Source of the DNA: Pseudomonadota bacterium
GTDB taxonomy: Bacteria > Chloroflexota > UBA6077 > JAJPGT01
Length of the DNA stretch: 64,000 bases
Direction: 5' to 3'
NCBI GenBank assembly: GCA_021325655.1
Contig: JAJPGT010000020.1
Location: forward strand, 1,590 to 65,589
The position numbers and the translations under genes were made by a program. How positions within the stretch are numbered: the stretch's first letter is position 1; every line of letters begins with the position of its first letter. A model generated the notes under the pieces. That model worked only from the letters and a program-made list of their open reading frames with translations. It had not been told where the DNA came from and did no database searches. Shown piece by piece: positions 41,732 through 51,150 of the stretch.

Positions 41732-42324
41732 CAGCCGCCCTCCTTCAGCACCCCGAAGTCGAGCCGGCGACTGAGCACCGGCGCCGCGCTCGGCAGCTCG
41801 AGCAGCGACTCGATCCGCACTACCCGGGCGACGTAGGGCACCGAGATCTGGAAATCGGTCGGGAGCACGTCCCAGATGCGGAACAGCTCCTCGTTGCTGA
41901 GCTGGCCGGCGACGATCTCCACCGTCTCGTCCGGAGCGAACACGTCGGCGGCCAGACTGTTCAGGAGCGCGGCCGGCAGGATGGGCGTATCCTCCAGCGT
42001 TCGCATCATCCAGCCCAGAATCTCCTGCTCCAGCGAGGCCTCCTTGGCCCAGGGGGTGAGCAGCAGGTGCAGGTCGAGCGGAAGCTGCGTTCGTCGCGCC
42101 ACCCCGTTCGGGCCGACACTGCTGGGAGGTGTGCGCTGCACGCCGTTGACGAGCACGCGGTACAGGAACAGCGATACTCCGGTGTCCATCGGGGTGGCGA
42201 AGTGCCTGGAGCGATACACCTTGAACTGCAGCTCGGTGTTGTCGAACAGCTCCGGCTGCCAGGCCTGCTGCAGCAGACGAATCACCGCCTCGCACGTCGC
42301 CCCCACCGCACGGAAGGTCGCCAC
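41731..42324 (-). CDS. Pvc16/DUF4255 tail terminator/cap protein (Afp16-like)
   Basis: VSLFLYRV, LPLDLHLLLTPW, ILGWMMRTLEDTPIL, LFRIW, SVPYVARVV. Confidence 0.9.
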   Translation of the reverse strand: MATFRAVGATCEAVIRLLQQAWQPELFDNTELQFKVYRSRHFATPMDTGVSLFLYRVLVNGVQRTPPSSVGPNGVARRTQLPLDLHLLLTPWAKEASLEQEILGWMMRTLEDTPILPAALLNSLAADVFAPDETVEIVAGQLSNEELFRIWDVLPTDFQISVPYVARVVRIESLLELPSAAPVLSRRLDFGVLKEGG

Positions 42325-42350
42325 AGCCGCTTCGCTCTCCCCGTACCCGT

Positions 42351-42611
42351 CTACTCGGTCGCAGTGCTGAGGCGGAGTAACGCCTCGAACAGCGCCTGAT
42401 TGCTCTGGATCGGAAAGGTTCCGCCATCAGGGAGCAGGCGCAACTGGCCCCGACTGCCGGGGATCTCTGACTCGTGCTCGAGCGTGAGCACGAACCGTTG
42501 CTTCGGCAGGACAAGCGCCTGGCTCGTTTCGACATTCGCAACCCGCAGCAGGCCGCTGGTGGGATCGTCCAGGGGCAAGATGCTGATCAGCAGCGCGATC
42601 CGTCTTGGCAC
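42351..42611 (-). CDS. Small hypothetical protein, first gene of the eCIS operon
   Basis: Globular-looking ~86 aa ORF lying between the SARP-type promoter and Pvc16; start uncertain (GTG 42611 or 42638). Confidence 0.6.
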   Translation of the reverse strand: MPRRIALLISILPLDDPTSGLLRVANVETSQALVLPKQRFVLTLEHESEIPGSRGQLRLLPDGGTFPIQSNQALFEALLRLSTATE

Positions 42612-42651
42612 TCCACGTCCCGCACGTGTACTCCGCACCAGCGCCGCGGCC

Positions 42652-42703
42652 AGGGTACGCGGCGGACTCCGCGCCGGCTCAGCCCGGGCTCACCCGCGGC
42701 TCA
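42652..42703 (-). promoter_or_regulatory. SARP-type activator-dependent promoter of the eCIS operon
   Basis: + strand GGCTCA at 42676, 42687 and 42698 plus degenerate GACTCC at 42665 (exact 11-bp period); minus-strand -10 TACCCT at 42657-42652. Confidence 0.7.
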
Positions 42704-42783
42704 ACGGAGACAGCCAGCCCGCCGGCTGGCCAAAAGGGGATGGCCGCCGACGCGAGAGACCGGCGTCTGGGGACGGGGCAGCG

Positions 42784-43761
42784 TTACAGGCGGATCGCCA
42801 CCTCGGCCGGCAGCTCGGTGTCGTCGCGGATCGCCTGGTAGAGCCGTTCGGTGAGCTGGGAGGGGCGCACGCCCAGCTCGGTCTGGAGCAAGCGGGCGCA
42901 GGCCTCGTACTGGCGCAGCGCGCAGGCGCGCTGCCCGAGCGCGTAGTGGGTCCGCATCAGATGGCGGTGCGCCCGCTCGCGAAGCTGGTCCAGCTCCAGG
43001 ATCTGCTGGGCGTAGTCGATCACCGTGCCCAGCTCGCTGGCCTGCGCCGCCAGCTCGCAGAGCACAACCAGCGCGTTCATCCGCCGCTCAGCGAAATGTG
43101 CCCGCGGCAGGTGGCTCCACTCGACGTATGGAGTGTCCGCGAGATAGTCGCCCTGGTACAGCGCCAGCGCCGCGACAAAGGCCGCCACCGCTCCGTCCGC
43201 GTCGCGCTGGGCCAGGCAGTGGCGTCCCTGCTGATAGTGCGCGTCGAACAGCGCCGCGTCGGTCACTAGGCACCCGGCGGCGATCGCGTAGCGCTCGTTC
43301 TCACACTGCACCACGCTCGTCGGCGCGCCGGCCGGATCTAGCAGCCCACGGAGGGCGCTCACCGCCACGTGGAGTCGATGGATCGCCCGTTGCGGCTCCG
43401 CCTCGGGCCAGAGCAGTTCGATCAGCTCGTCGCGCGGGACCAGTATCCCCACTCGCGCCGCCAGGTAGCAGCAGAGCTGGACTACGGAACTGTTCTGCCC
43501 GAGCGGCAGCGGCTCCTCCCCGCGGAACAGGGCGAAGCGCCCGAAATACCGGGCATACAACGGCGCCGGTGTCTCCGGCCGAGCGGCCACCCCCGCGCCC
43601 TCCGCCCGCCCAGCAGAAGGGGCGGAAACATGGCGAAGCTGATCACACAGCTCGGCGATGCTCCGCCGCAGCGCCGAGAGCTCCGAGACGAGGCGCTCAC
43701 AGGGACTTGCCACGGGACAGGGCAGGAGAACGAAGGCTGGGTTGTGGGTATCTGGCTGCAT
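42784..43761 (-). CDS. SARP-family (winged helix + BTAD) transcriptional activator
   Basis: FGRFAL, VPRDELIELLWPE, LHVAVSALRGLL, ALALYQGDYL, RERAHRHLM, ALRQYE..LQTELGVRPS..TERLY. Confidence 0.92.
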   Translation of the reverse strand: MQPDTHNPAFVLLPCPVASPCERLVSELSALRRSIAELCDQLRHVSAPSAGRAEGAGVAARPETPAPLYARYFGRFALFRGEEPLPLGQNSSVVQLCCYLAARVGILVPRDELIELLWPEAEPQRAIHRLHVAVSALRGLLDPAGAPTSVVQCENERYAIAAGCLVTDAALFDAHYQQGRHCLAQRDADGAVAAFVAALALYQGDYLADTPYVEWSHLPRAHFAERRMNALVVLCELAAQASELGTVIDYAQQILELDQLRERAHRHLMRTHYALGQRACALRQYEACARLLQTELGVRPSQLTERLYQAIRDDTELPAEVAIRL

Positions 43762-43875
43762 GGGCCTCTCCGCAGCCGTCTATCAGCAGGCCAGAGGACG
43801 CTCCGTCCTCGCCAGTCTCCCTCCCGGGAGCGTTAACGTAGCAGTGGCCAGCGGCCGGGCGGCCATGGCCGCCCC

Positions 43876-43904
43876 ATGGTGCAGATTGAGCCCAGCTTTG
43901 TCAA
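43876..43904 (-). promoter_or_regulatory. Putative sigma70-type promoter of the SARP gene
   Basis: Minus strand TTGACA-17 nt-CACCAT, ~115 nt upstream of the ATG at 43761. Confidence 0.5.
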
Positions 43905-44046
43905 GGCTGAGACCGCCAGAACCCCGCGAGCGAGCCTCCCGCGCCGCTCTGCGCGCCGCTCACGCCGCGCCGTGGCACAGCGGGTACATGACCTGTCACT
44001 TGAACCCCTGGTTCGCCTCCTGCCCGGACCTGGTGGCGCCACCGGG

Positions 44047-46113
44047 TCAGGGGCTCGGTGCGGCGGTCCCGGCGGCCACGCCGAGCTCGCCCTCCAGGAT
44101 GTAGCGCCGCGGCGAGGCCAGCAGCTCCCGGCCGGCCAGGTAGCCCTCGTAGATGGCGTGGTCCAGCTTCCGGGGCGCCAAACAGTCCCCGATCCGGTGC
44201 AACTCGGGCACCCGCCCCTTGAGCGCCAGGTACAGCGCGTCGTTCGCCATCTGGCCGGTGGCAAGGACGATGGTGTCTACGTTGTCCAGTGTCGTCTCGG
44301 CGCCGGTGTACAGGTTGTACAGCGTCACGCTCCGGCCCTGGATCGCCCTGGCCCACAGGTTGAGCCGATAGGCGAGCCCTTTGCCAAACAGCCGGCGGTA
44401 CAGGATGCCCTGGTCGAGTGTGGCGGCGGTGGCGGGGAACAGGGCGGTGAAGCGGGTCACCACCTCCACACGCTTGCCACGGTCGAGCAGCACCTCGGCC
44501 GCGCCGGCGGCGTACCGCCCGCCATCGTCATCCAGCACCAGCACCCGCTCGCCAACGGGGCGGGTCTCCTGGAGCACGTCCCACCCGGTGAGCACGTTGT
44601 CCTGATCCACGCCGGGCAGCCGCGTGACGAGCGGGGCGACGCTGGAGAAGCCGGTCCGGGCCGGGAGGGAGCCGGTGGCGACGATGACGCCGTCGGGGTG
44701 CAGGGCGCACACCAGCTCGGCGGTCGCAGTGGTGTTGAGCCGCACGTCCACCTCGAGCTTGCGTAGCTGTGTCTCCAGGTCGCGCACGATCCAGCCGAAC
44801 GCCTCGCGGCCAGGCGTCTTGACGATCAGGTTGACCTGGCCGCCCAGCCGATCCGTCTGCTCCAGCAGGGTGACCCGGTGGCCGCGCCGGGCCAGCGTCT
44901 CCGCCGCCTTCAGCCCGGCCGGCCCGCCGCCGACCACCACCCAGGAGCGGGGCGACGGCGTGGGGAGCAGCGGGCCGCCGAAACGCTGCTCTCGACCCGC
45001 GGCCGGGTTGACGGTGCAGGCCATGGGCAGCCCCCGGCCGGTGCGGCTAACACAGCCCTGGTTGCCGCGGATGCAGTGGTAGATCTCATCCTCCCGCCCC
45101 TCGCGCACCTTGTTCGGGAACTCCGGATCGGCGATCTGTGCCCGGGTGATCGCCACCATATCTGCCTGGCCCGCGGTAAGGATCTGCTCAGCCTGAGCGG
45201 CATCCTTGATACCGCCCACGGCGAACACCGGCAGCCGCGTGACGGCCGCTTTCACCCGGGCGATCAGCTCCAGCAGCCAGCCGTCCGGCGTGTCCGCGGG
45301 GGCGATCGCCAGCGCCAGGCCGTCGTGGTAGCCACCAACGGTGACGTTCACGTAGTCGATCCGGGTCGTCGCTTCCAGCGCGGCGGCGAGCCGGGCGGCG
45401 TCCTCGACGGTGAGCCCGCCCTCGACGCCGTCGGCCAGCGGGAGCCGCACCCCGACTACGAAGTCATCGCCCACGCGCTGGCGCACGGTCTCGATGACTG
45501 CTCGTGGAAAGCGGAGGCGGTTGTCGAACGACCCGCCGTACTCGTCCGTTCGCTGGTTGTAGAGCGGGGAGAGGAACTGGTGCAGCAGGTAGCCGTGGGC
45601 GAGGTGGACCTCCACCCCGTCGAAGCCTCCCTCGCGCGCAAGCGTGGCGGACAACCCCCACCAGGCGGCGACCTCGCGTAGGTCCTCCGGCTCCATCACT
45701 TTGGGGCTCTCGCTGAACAGTGGCGACCGCACCGCGGACGGCCCCAGGAGGTAGCGGAGGTCGTCGGCGGCGTCGCTGGACCCGTTGACGCCCACGTGGT
45801 TGAGCTGGGCGATGATGAACGCCCCGTGCGTGTGGACTGCCGCGGTCATGCGGCGATCAAACGGGATGGTGCGCCGCAGGTAGCCGCGTGGAAACGCCGG
45901 GGCGGCGACGCTGGAGGTGGGGTGGACGAGCCGGTTGCCGGTGATCAGCAGCGCCGCGCCACCCCGGGCGCGCTCCACGTGGTAGGCCAGGTCCCGCTCC
46001 GTGTCCAGCCCCTCGTGGGCGAAGTGCTTGGTGTGCGCGGTCTGCAGGAAGCGGTTGCGCACAGTCAGGCGACCGATGCGTAGCGGACTGAACAGGTGCG
46101 GATACGCGGTCAT
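44047..46113 (-). CDS. FMN/FAD/Fe-S oxidoreductase, OYE / 2,4-dienoyl-CoA reductase (FadH)-like
   Basis: YPHLFSPLRIG, GFDGVEVHLAHGYLLHQFLSP, NQRTDEYGGS, CIRGNQGC, VVGGGPAG, IGDCLAPR. Confidence 0.9.
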   Translation of the reverse strand: MTAYPHLFSPLRIGRLTVRNRFLQTAHTKHFAHEGLDTERDLAYHVERARGGAALLITGNRLVHPTSSVAAPAFPRGYLRRTIPFDRRMTAAVHTHGAFIIAQLNHVGVNGSSDAADDLRYLLGPSAVRSPLFSESPKVMEPEDLREVAAWWGLSATLAREGGFDGVEVHLAHGYLLHQFLSPLYNQRTDEYGGSFDNRLRFPRAVIETVRQRVGDDFVVGVRLPLADGVEGGLTVEDAARLAAALEATTRIDYVNVTVGGYHDGLALAIAPADTPDGWLLELIARVKAAVTRLPVFAVGGIKDAAQAEQILTAGQADMVAITRAQIADPEFPNKVREGREDEIYHCIRGNQGCVSRTGRGLPMACTVNPAAGREQRFGGPLLPTPSPRSWVVVGGGPAGLKAAETLARRGHRVTLLEQTDRLGGQVNLIVKTPGREAFGWIVRDLETQLRKLEVDVRLNTTATAELVCALHPDGVIVATGSLPARTGFSSVAPLVTRLPGVDQDNVLTGWDVLQETRPVGERVLVLDDDGGRYAAGAAEVLLDRGKRVEVVTRFTALFPATAATLDQGILYRRLFGKGLAYRLNLWARAIQGRSVTLYNLYTGAETTLDNVDTIVLATGQMANDALYLALKGRVPELHRIGDCLAPRKLDHAIYEGYLAGRELLASPRRYILEGELGVAAGTAAPSP

Positions 46114-46233
46114 GAGCCTTCCCCCTGCTCCAGAATGGCCGGCGCGGCCGGGCGTCAGAGACTGCCAGGGTACCGGACCAGGCCGCGGCGGTGCAGTCGC
46201 ACCGGTATCCGCGGCTGCGGCCGCCGGGCGCGA

Positions 46234-46262
46234 TTGACACCTGCCGGCCCGGGCGCTACCCT
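46234..46262 (+). promoter_or_regulatory. Sigma70-type promoter upstream of the nucleoside phosphorylase gene
   Basis: TTGACA (46234-39), 17 nt, TACCCT (46257-62). Confidence 0.65.
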
Positions 46263-46309
46263 TGCCGCCATCCCGCGGCCGAGCCAGGCTCCGCGCAGGG
46301 AGTGTAGAG

Positions 46310-47146
46310 ATGACCCAGGCGGCAGACGCTCCCACCGACGAGTCCGGGCGCCAGTACCACATCCGGCTGAAGGCGGGCGATCTGCCCGGCTACGTGCTGA
46401 TCCCGGGCGATCCGGGGCGGGTGGACCGCATCGGCCAGGACTGGGAGACGTACGAGGAGCTGGCGTTCTACCGCGAGTACAAGTCGGCGCGCGGGACGTA
46501 CCAGGGGGTGCCGGTTGGGGCAGTGTCGACCGGGATCGGGATGGGCAGCGCTGAGATCGGGCTGCAGGAGCTGCGGGTTATCGGGACCCACACGGTCATC
46601 AAGGTCGGGACGACAGGGGCGCTGGCGCCGAACATCGGCTGCGGCGACCTGATCATCCCGGTCGCAGGCATGCGCCGCGATGGCGTCTCCCCAATGTACG
46701 CTCCGCTGGAGTTCCCCGCCTTCGCCCACCCGGAGGTGTTCCTGGCGCTGATCGAGGCCTGCCAGCGGCTCGGCTACACCTACCACGTGGGGCTCGTGTG
46801 TAGCTCAGGCTCGTTCTATCTTGGGCAGGGGCGGCCCGTGGCCGGGGGATACACCCAGTCGTGGCGGGAGCCGGAGACGCTGATCGCCGACCTCCGGGCG
46901 CTGCGCGTGACCAACTTCGACATGGAGTCGGCCGGCATCATGGTACTCGGCCATTGCCTGGGGATGCGTGCCGGCAGCGTCGTCTCGGTGATGGCGAATC
47001 GCACCACCAATGAATGGGGCGACAACGGCGGGGAGCGCCGCGCCTGCCGGGTCGGCTCCGAGGCAGTGAAGATCCTCACCGAGTGGGACGAGCGCAAGCG
47101 GCAGGCCGGCGTCCCGATCGTCTTCCCGTCGCTGTTCTCCGGGTAG
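46310..47146 (+). CDS. udp: Uridine phosphorylase-like nucleoside phosphorylase
   Basis: QYHIRL, LIPGDPGRV, STGIGMGS, GTTGAL, FYLGQGR, NFDMES. Confidence 0.8.
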   Translation: MTQAADAPTDESGRQYHIRLKAGDLPGYVLIPGDPGRVDRIGQDWETYEELAFYREYKSARGTYQGVPVGAVSTGIGMGSAEIGLQELRVIGTHTVIKVGTTGALAPNIGCGDLIIPVAGMRRDGVSPMYAPLEFPAFAHPEVFLALIEACQRLGYTYHVGLVCSSGSFYLGQGRPVAGGYTQSWREPETLIADLRALRVTNFDMESAGIMVLGHCLGMRAGSVVSVMANRTTNEWGDNGGERRACRVGSEAVKILTEWDERKRQAGVPIVFPSLFSG

Positions 47147-47166
47147 GGAGGTCGGGCGGATCGCCG

Positions 47167-48366
47167 CTAGCTCAGCCTTCGGCCCGGGGTGAACCGCACC
47201 GGCAGCCGTACCCGGCCCTTGACAATCCCGATGCTCTCCGGTTCCTCCACGCCCTCCTCGAGGATCTGGTAGTCGGGTAGGCGGCGGAGCACCTCTTCGA
47301 GCATGATCCGCATCTCGCTTCGGGCCAGCCCGGCGCCCAGGCAGCGGTGCGCCCCGATGCCGAAGGTCATGTGCCGGTTCGGGAAGCGGTCCAGGATTAC
47401 CCGGTCGGGCTGGGGGAAGGCAGCCCCGTCGCGATTCGCCGAGGCCCAGAGCATAAACACCGTCTCCCCGGCCTTGATCGGCTGGCCGCCGACCACGCAG
47501 TCGCGGGTGACGGTGCGGGCGAAGCCCTGGACCGGCGCCTCGTAGCGCAGCAGCTCGTCGATCGCCGTCGGCAGCAGCTCCGGCCGGCGGATCAGCTCCT
47601 GCCGCGCCTCGGGGTGGCGGTGCAGGTACAGCAGCGCGTTGCTCGTGGAGGCCATGGTGGTGTCCATCCCGCCGAAGATGACCATCATCACCAGCGCCTG
47701 GACCTCTTCCGGCCCGATCTCTCCCTGCGCCTCCGCTCGCAGCAGGTCGGAGATCAGGTCGTCCCGTGGCTGTGCGCGCCGGGCCTGGATCTGCGCCGCG
47801 ACGCGCTCGCCCAGCTCTTGAATCCGGAGCAGCGCTTCGCCGTGCAAGGGGTTGTCGGGGTGGGTGTAGCTATTAGTGTGGATCGGCTCGGCGTAGTCGT
47901 GCCACTCCTCCAGCGGCAGGCCGATCAACCGCAGGGTGGTCATCGCCGGCACCGGATTGGTCAGCTCCAGCACCAGGTCGCAGGTCCCCCGCTCGATGAA
48001 CGTGTCGATCTGCCGGGTGGTGAAGGCGCGGATCTCTGGCTCGAGCGCCTCGACCGCGCGGGGGCTGAAGTACGGCATGAGCAGCCGCCGGTACAGGCCG
48101 AGCGCGGGCGGATCGGACTGCAGCGGGATCAGCTTCCCCACATTGGTCGGCGGGACCACCACCTCTCGATTCGACGAGAACGTCTCGTCGTCCCGCGCCA
48201 CCTCGAAGACATCGGCGTAGCGCGACAGGACCCAGAAACCGCCGTAGGCATCGCTGTAGGCGACCGGGCAGCGTGCCCGCAGCTCGGCGTAGACGCTCCA
48301 CGGATCCCGAGCGAACTCCCGGGTGTGGTGGTCGAAGTGGTACGACGGGCGCTGCTCCGGCATCAC
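47167..48366 (-). CDS. Cytochrome P450
   Basis: GGMDTT (I-helix), ELLR (ExxR), FGIGAHRCLG heme-binding motif. Confidence 0.95.
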   Translation of the reverse strand: MMPEQRPSYHFDHHTREFARDPWSVYAELRARCPVAYSDAYGGFWVLSRYADVFEVARDDETFSSNREVVVPPTNVGKLIPLQSDPPALGLYRRLLMPYFSPRAVEALEPEIRAFTTRQIDTFIERGTCDLVLELTNPVPAMTTLRLIGLPLEEWHDYAEPIHTNSYTHPDNPLHGEALLRIQELGERVAAQIQARRAQPRDDLISDLLRAEAQGEIGPEEVQALVMMVIFGGMDTTMASTSNALLYLHRHPEARQELIRRPELLPTAIDELLRYEAPVQGFARTVTRDCVVGGQPIKAGETVFMLWASANRDGAAFPQPDRVILDRFPNRHMTFGIGAHRCLGAGLARSEMRIMLEEVLRRLPDYQILEEGVEEPESIGIVKGRVRLPVRFTPGRRLS

Positions 48367-48596
48367 TCCTCCTGGCCCGACTGATGCTCGGCGCCGGTGT
48401 CCTCCTCCAGGCGGATCGCCTGCTCCGGACAGCCCTGCTCGGCGTTTCGGGCGCTCTGCGCCAGCTCCGGCGGGATGGCGTCCAGCAGCACGACGGCGCG
48501 GCCGTCGTCCTCGTTGACGTCGAAGACCGCCGGCGCGACGCGCCGGCAGACGGCATGGCCCTGACAGACGGCGAGATCTACCCGAGCCCGCAGCAT
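48363..48596 (-). CDS. Ferredoxin (3Fe-4S type, P450 partner)
   Basis: CQGHAVC...APAVF...GCPEQAI; overlaps the P450 start; AGGAGG RBS. Confidence 0.9.
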   Translation of the reverse strand: MLRARVDLAVCQGHAVCRRVAPAVFDVNEDDGRAVVLLDAIPPELAQSARNAEQGCPEQAIRLEEDTGAEHQSGQEE

Positions 48597-48787
48597 CGGT
48601 TTCCCTCCTCCTTGCTGGGCGCGTGGCCTCGGCCAGTCCATGCCAGGCACACCACCAGGAGCCGCGAGCCGTGGCCAGGCGTCTGTGTGGGTACTACACC
48701 TGGCGCACCGCTGTCAACAGCCCACGGCACGGATCGGAAGAGACGTCCGGGGCACCACCGGCCACCTCCCAGGGCAGCCGCGGCATC

Positions 48788-49945
48788 TCAGCCGACCAGC
48801 AGCCCGATGCTGGCGGTGTAGCCGTGCAGGAACAAGCGGCCCCCTACGGGCCCGATCTCGCCGTTGCAGAACAGCCCTGCCACCGGCAGGGGGCCGAAGC
48901 GGGCCTGCACGCTGCGGGCGTCGTGGCTCGGCTCCCCGAACAGGCCCACGCCGCGGCCGTTGCAGGCGCACAGCAGCGCCGCGAGCGGGGCGGCGGACCC
49001 GAGCTGCTCGGCCGCGGAGGCGAGCATCGCCTGGAGCTCCTCGTCAGCCGAGGCGCGATCGCGGAGCTGAAACTGCACTGTCTGGCCGACGCTGAGGTGC
49101 GCCCCCACGGCGAGGACGCCCTGCTCGGGGTCCCCGCCCAGGATGTTGCGGACCAGGAAGTCGCCCTGCCGGAACGTCTCCCGGTACTCGTCCATCGCCA
49201 CGCCGAGGAACAGGTTGCCGCGCACCCGCCGCTGCACCTGGGCCGGCAGCTCGCGGACCGTTTCGACCAACACCTCGAAGGCCGGGCGGCCGCCGATCTG
49301 CTCCAGGAAGTGCCCAGTCGCCGCGGTCACGGTCCAGGGGCGCCCAATGGGGGTGCAGCCCTGGGAGACGACCGCGTACAGGCGGACTGGTCCGACGAAC
49401 CCAACGCCCACCGCGCCCTCATCGTACACCTGGCTGTTGAGAAACACGAAGGTCTGCCGCGCGCCGAAGTCGCCGCTGGCCAGCCCACCGACGACTGTGG
49501 TGCGCGGGTAATCGCGCTGGAGCCGGGCGAGGAGCACGTCGCCGTCGAGGTGGAACGGATCGGCGAAGACGAGCCAGCCGCTGGGCGATTCTTCTGGCTC
49601 TCCAAAGCGGGTGCCTGCCTCCAGCTCCTGCTGAGTGATACGGGCGCTGATCAAGCGCGTCCCGGGCAGGGCGAGACGCAGCAACGACAGCGCTGGCTCT
49701 CCTTCCACCTCGGTACCGGTGCCGATGACGCCCTGGCCGCTGCAGCCGACCAGCACGCTCGCGCCGGTTTCACGGAACGCCGCGGGGACGAGGCGTTCAA
49801 GCGACGCACCGTAGGCAGCGGAGGCGAACAGCAGCGCCAGGTCTGTTGGCGGCGCGCCCGGCTCCCGCGTCTGCGCCAGCGCCCGTTCCAGCGCGCGCTC
49901 GGCGTCGTCATCTCTTACCACCGCGGAGCGTGCCCAGGCTGCCAT
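48788..49945 (-). CDS. FIST N/C domain protein
   Basis: VGCSGQGVIG, VVGGLASG, VSQGCTPIG, FLVRNILG, CNGRG, GLFCNGEIGP, HGYT. Confidence 0.9.
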   Translation of the reverse strand: MAAWARSAVVRDDDAERALERALAQTREPGAPPTDLALLFASAAYGASLERLVPAAFRETGASVLVGCSGQGVIGTGTEVEGEPALSLLRLALPGTRLISARITQQELEAGTRFGEPEESPSGWLVFADPFHLDGDVLLARLQRDYPRTTVVGGLASGDFGARQTFVFLNSQVYDEGAVGVGFVGPVRLYAVVSQGCTPIGRPWTVTAATGHFLEQIGGRPAFEVLVETVRELPAQVQRRVRGNLFLGVAMDEYRETFRQGDFLVRNILGGDPEQGVLAVGAHLSVGQTVQFQLRDRASADEELQAMLASAAEQLGSAAPLAALLCACNGRGVGLFGEPSHDARSVQARFGPLPVAGLFCNGEIGPVGGRLFLHGYTASIGLLVG

Positions 49946-50113
49946 GTCGCATCCACGCTGCACGGGACCACGATCAAGTCGCGGTCCGCGAGGATTGTAG
50001 CCCGAACCGTTCAGCGGCGGTCAGTCGCCGGCCGCTGGGAAGCGGTTGGACCCGCTGCCTGGAGGACCTCGGTCCATTCTCGCCGTGGAGCCCGGATATG
50101 GCAGAATGTCCCC

Positions 50114-51025
50114 GTGATCAAGGTACACGCCCTCCCTGAATTGCGTTCACCGGTCCTCCTCTGCGCGTTCAACGGGTGGTCCGACGGCTCGTTCGCCAGC
50201 AGCGGGGCGCTCAGCTTCCTGCTGGCCAAGTGGAATACGCAGAAGTTCGCTGAGGTCGACGCGGAGACGATCTATGTTTACACCACGACCCGGCCGACGT
50301 CGCTGATCGTCGGCCCGGGCGAGCGGACACTGCGCTGGCCGGAGCTGGCGTTTCACGCGCTGCATCTGCCGCACGCCGACCGCGACCTGGTGTTGCTGCT
50401 CGGTCCGGAGCCCGACCTGCGCTGGCGCGGCTGCGCCGACACCGTCGCCCAGTTCGCGCAGCGGCTCGGCGCCAGCCTGGTGCTCACGCTCGGCTGCTTT
50501 TTGGCCACGGTGTCGCACCGCGGCCCGGTGCCGCTGGTGGGCCTGAGCAGCGACCCGGAGCTACGGCGGCGTCTGGAGCGCATCGGCGCCGGCCCCACGG
50601 ATTACCAGGGCCCGACGGCGTTCACCACCGCGCTGGTCGACGCGGCGGCGCGGGCGGGCCTGCGCGCCGCGGGCATCTGGGCGGCCGCGCCGGCGTACCT
50701 GCAGGGTGGGAGCAACCCCAAGATCGCGGCGGCGCTCCTGCGCGCGGTCGAGGCGCTGCTTGGCGTCGAGCTGGGCGTGGCCGAGCTGGAGACGGCCGGC
50801 CGCGACCTGGAGCAGCGGGTGGATGAGGCGCTGGGCGCCCGGCCCGATCTGCAGCAGTTCGTCAGCAACCTGAGCAGTGGGGGGACGACCAGCCCGACGC
50901 CTCAGACGCCTCAGGAGAACGAGCCGGAGGTGCGCGAGCTGCCGTCGCCCAAGGAGTTCCTCGCCGACATGGAGAACTTTCTGCGCGGGCTTCAGCGCAA
51001 GGGGCCCGACGGCGGTGAGCATTAG
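50114..51025 (+). CDS. PAC2 family (proteasome assembly chaperone-like) protein
   Basis: PVLLCAFNGWSDG, LGPEPDLRW, YQGPT, WAAAPAY, NPKIAAALL; only the 3' part of the 800-aa track ORF is plausible. Confidence 0.85.
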   Translation: MIKVHALPELRSPVLLCAFNGWSDGSFASSGALSFLLAKWNTQKFAEVDAETIYVYTTTRPTSLIVGPGERTLRWPELAFHALHLPHADRDLVLLLGPEPDLRWRGCADTVAQFAQRLGASLVLTLGCFLATVSHRGPVPLVGLSSDPELRRRLERIGAGPTDYQGPTAFTTALVDAAARAGLRAAGIWAAAPAYLQGGSNPKIAAALLRAVEALLGVELGVAELETAGRDLEQRVDEALGARPDLQQFVSNLSSGGTTSPTPQTPQENEPEVRELPSPKEFLADMENFLRGLQRKGPDGGEH

Positions 51026-51150
51026 GGCCTGGAGCAGCCCGCGCACCGGAGTTGTCCCGATGGCGGCGCATCCCGGGTGCTGCCCCCTCCCCGCCCGGCC
51101 GAGCGAGCGGTCCGCCGGGAGCACCCAGTCCAAGTTCAGCGGCGTTCGCC

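Noticed and set aside
44047-46113. Mycofactocin-system OYE oxidoreductase
   Set aside because: Family resemblance only; no mftA-F genes are in the window.
50001-50013. GAACCGTTC palindrome as a LexA box for PAC2/recD2
   Set aside because: The spacer is 1 nt rather than the GAAC-N4-GTTC of Gram-positive-type SOS boxes.
48623-50113. N-terminal ~500 aa of the 800-aa plus-strand ORF, and the many other long antisense/alternate-frame ORFs (e.g. 30170-32023, 33756-35585, 23426-24967)
   Set aside because: They shadow well-supported genes on the opposite strand or frame, as expected from stop-codon scarcity at high GC, and carry no motifs.
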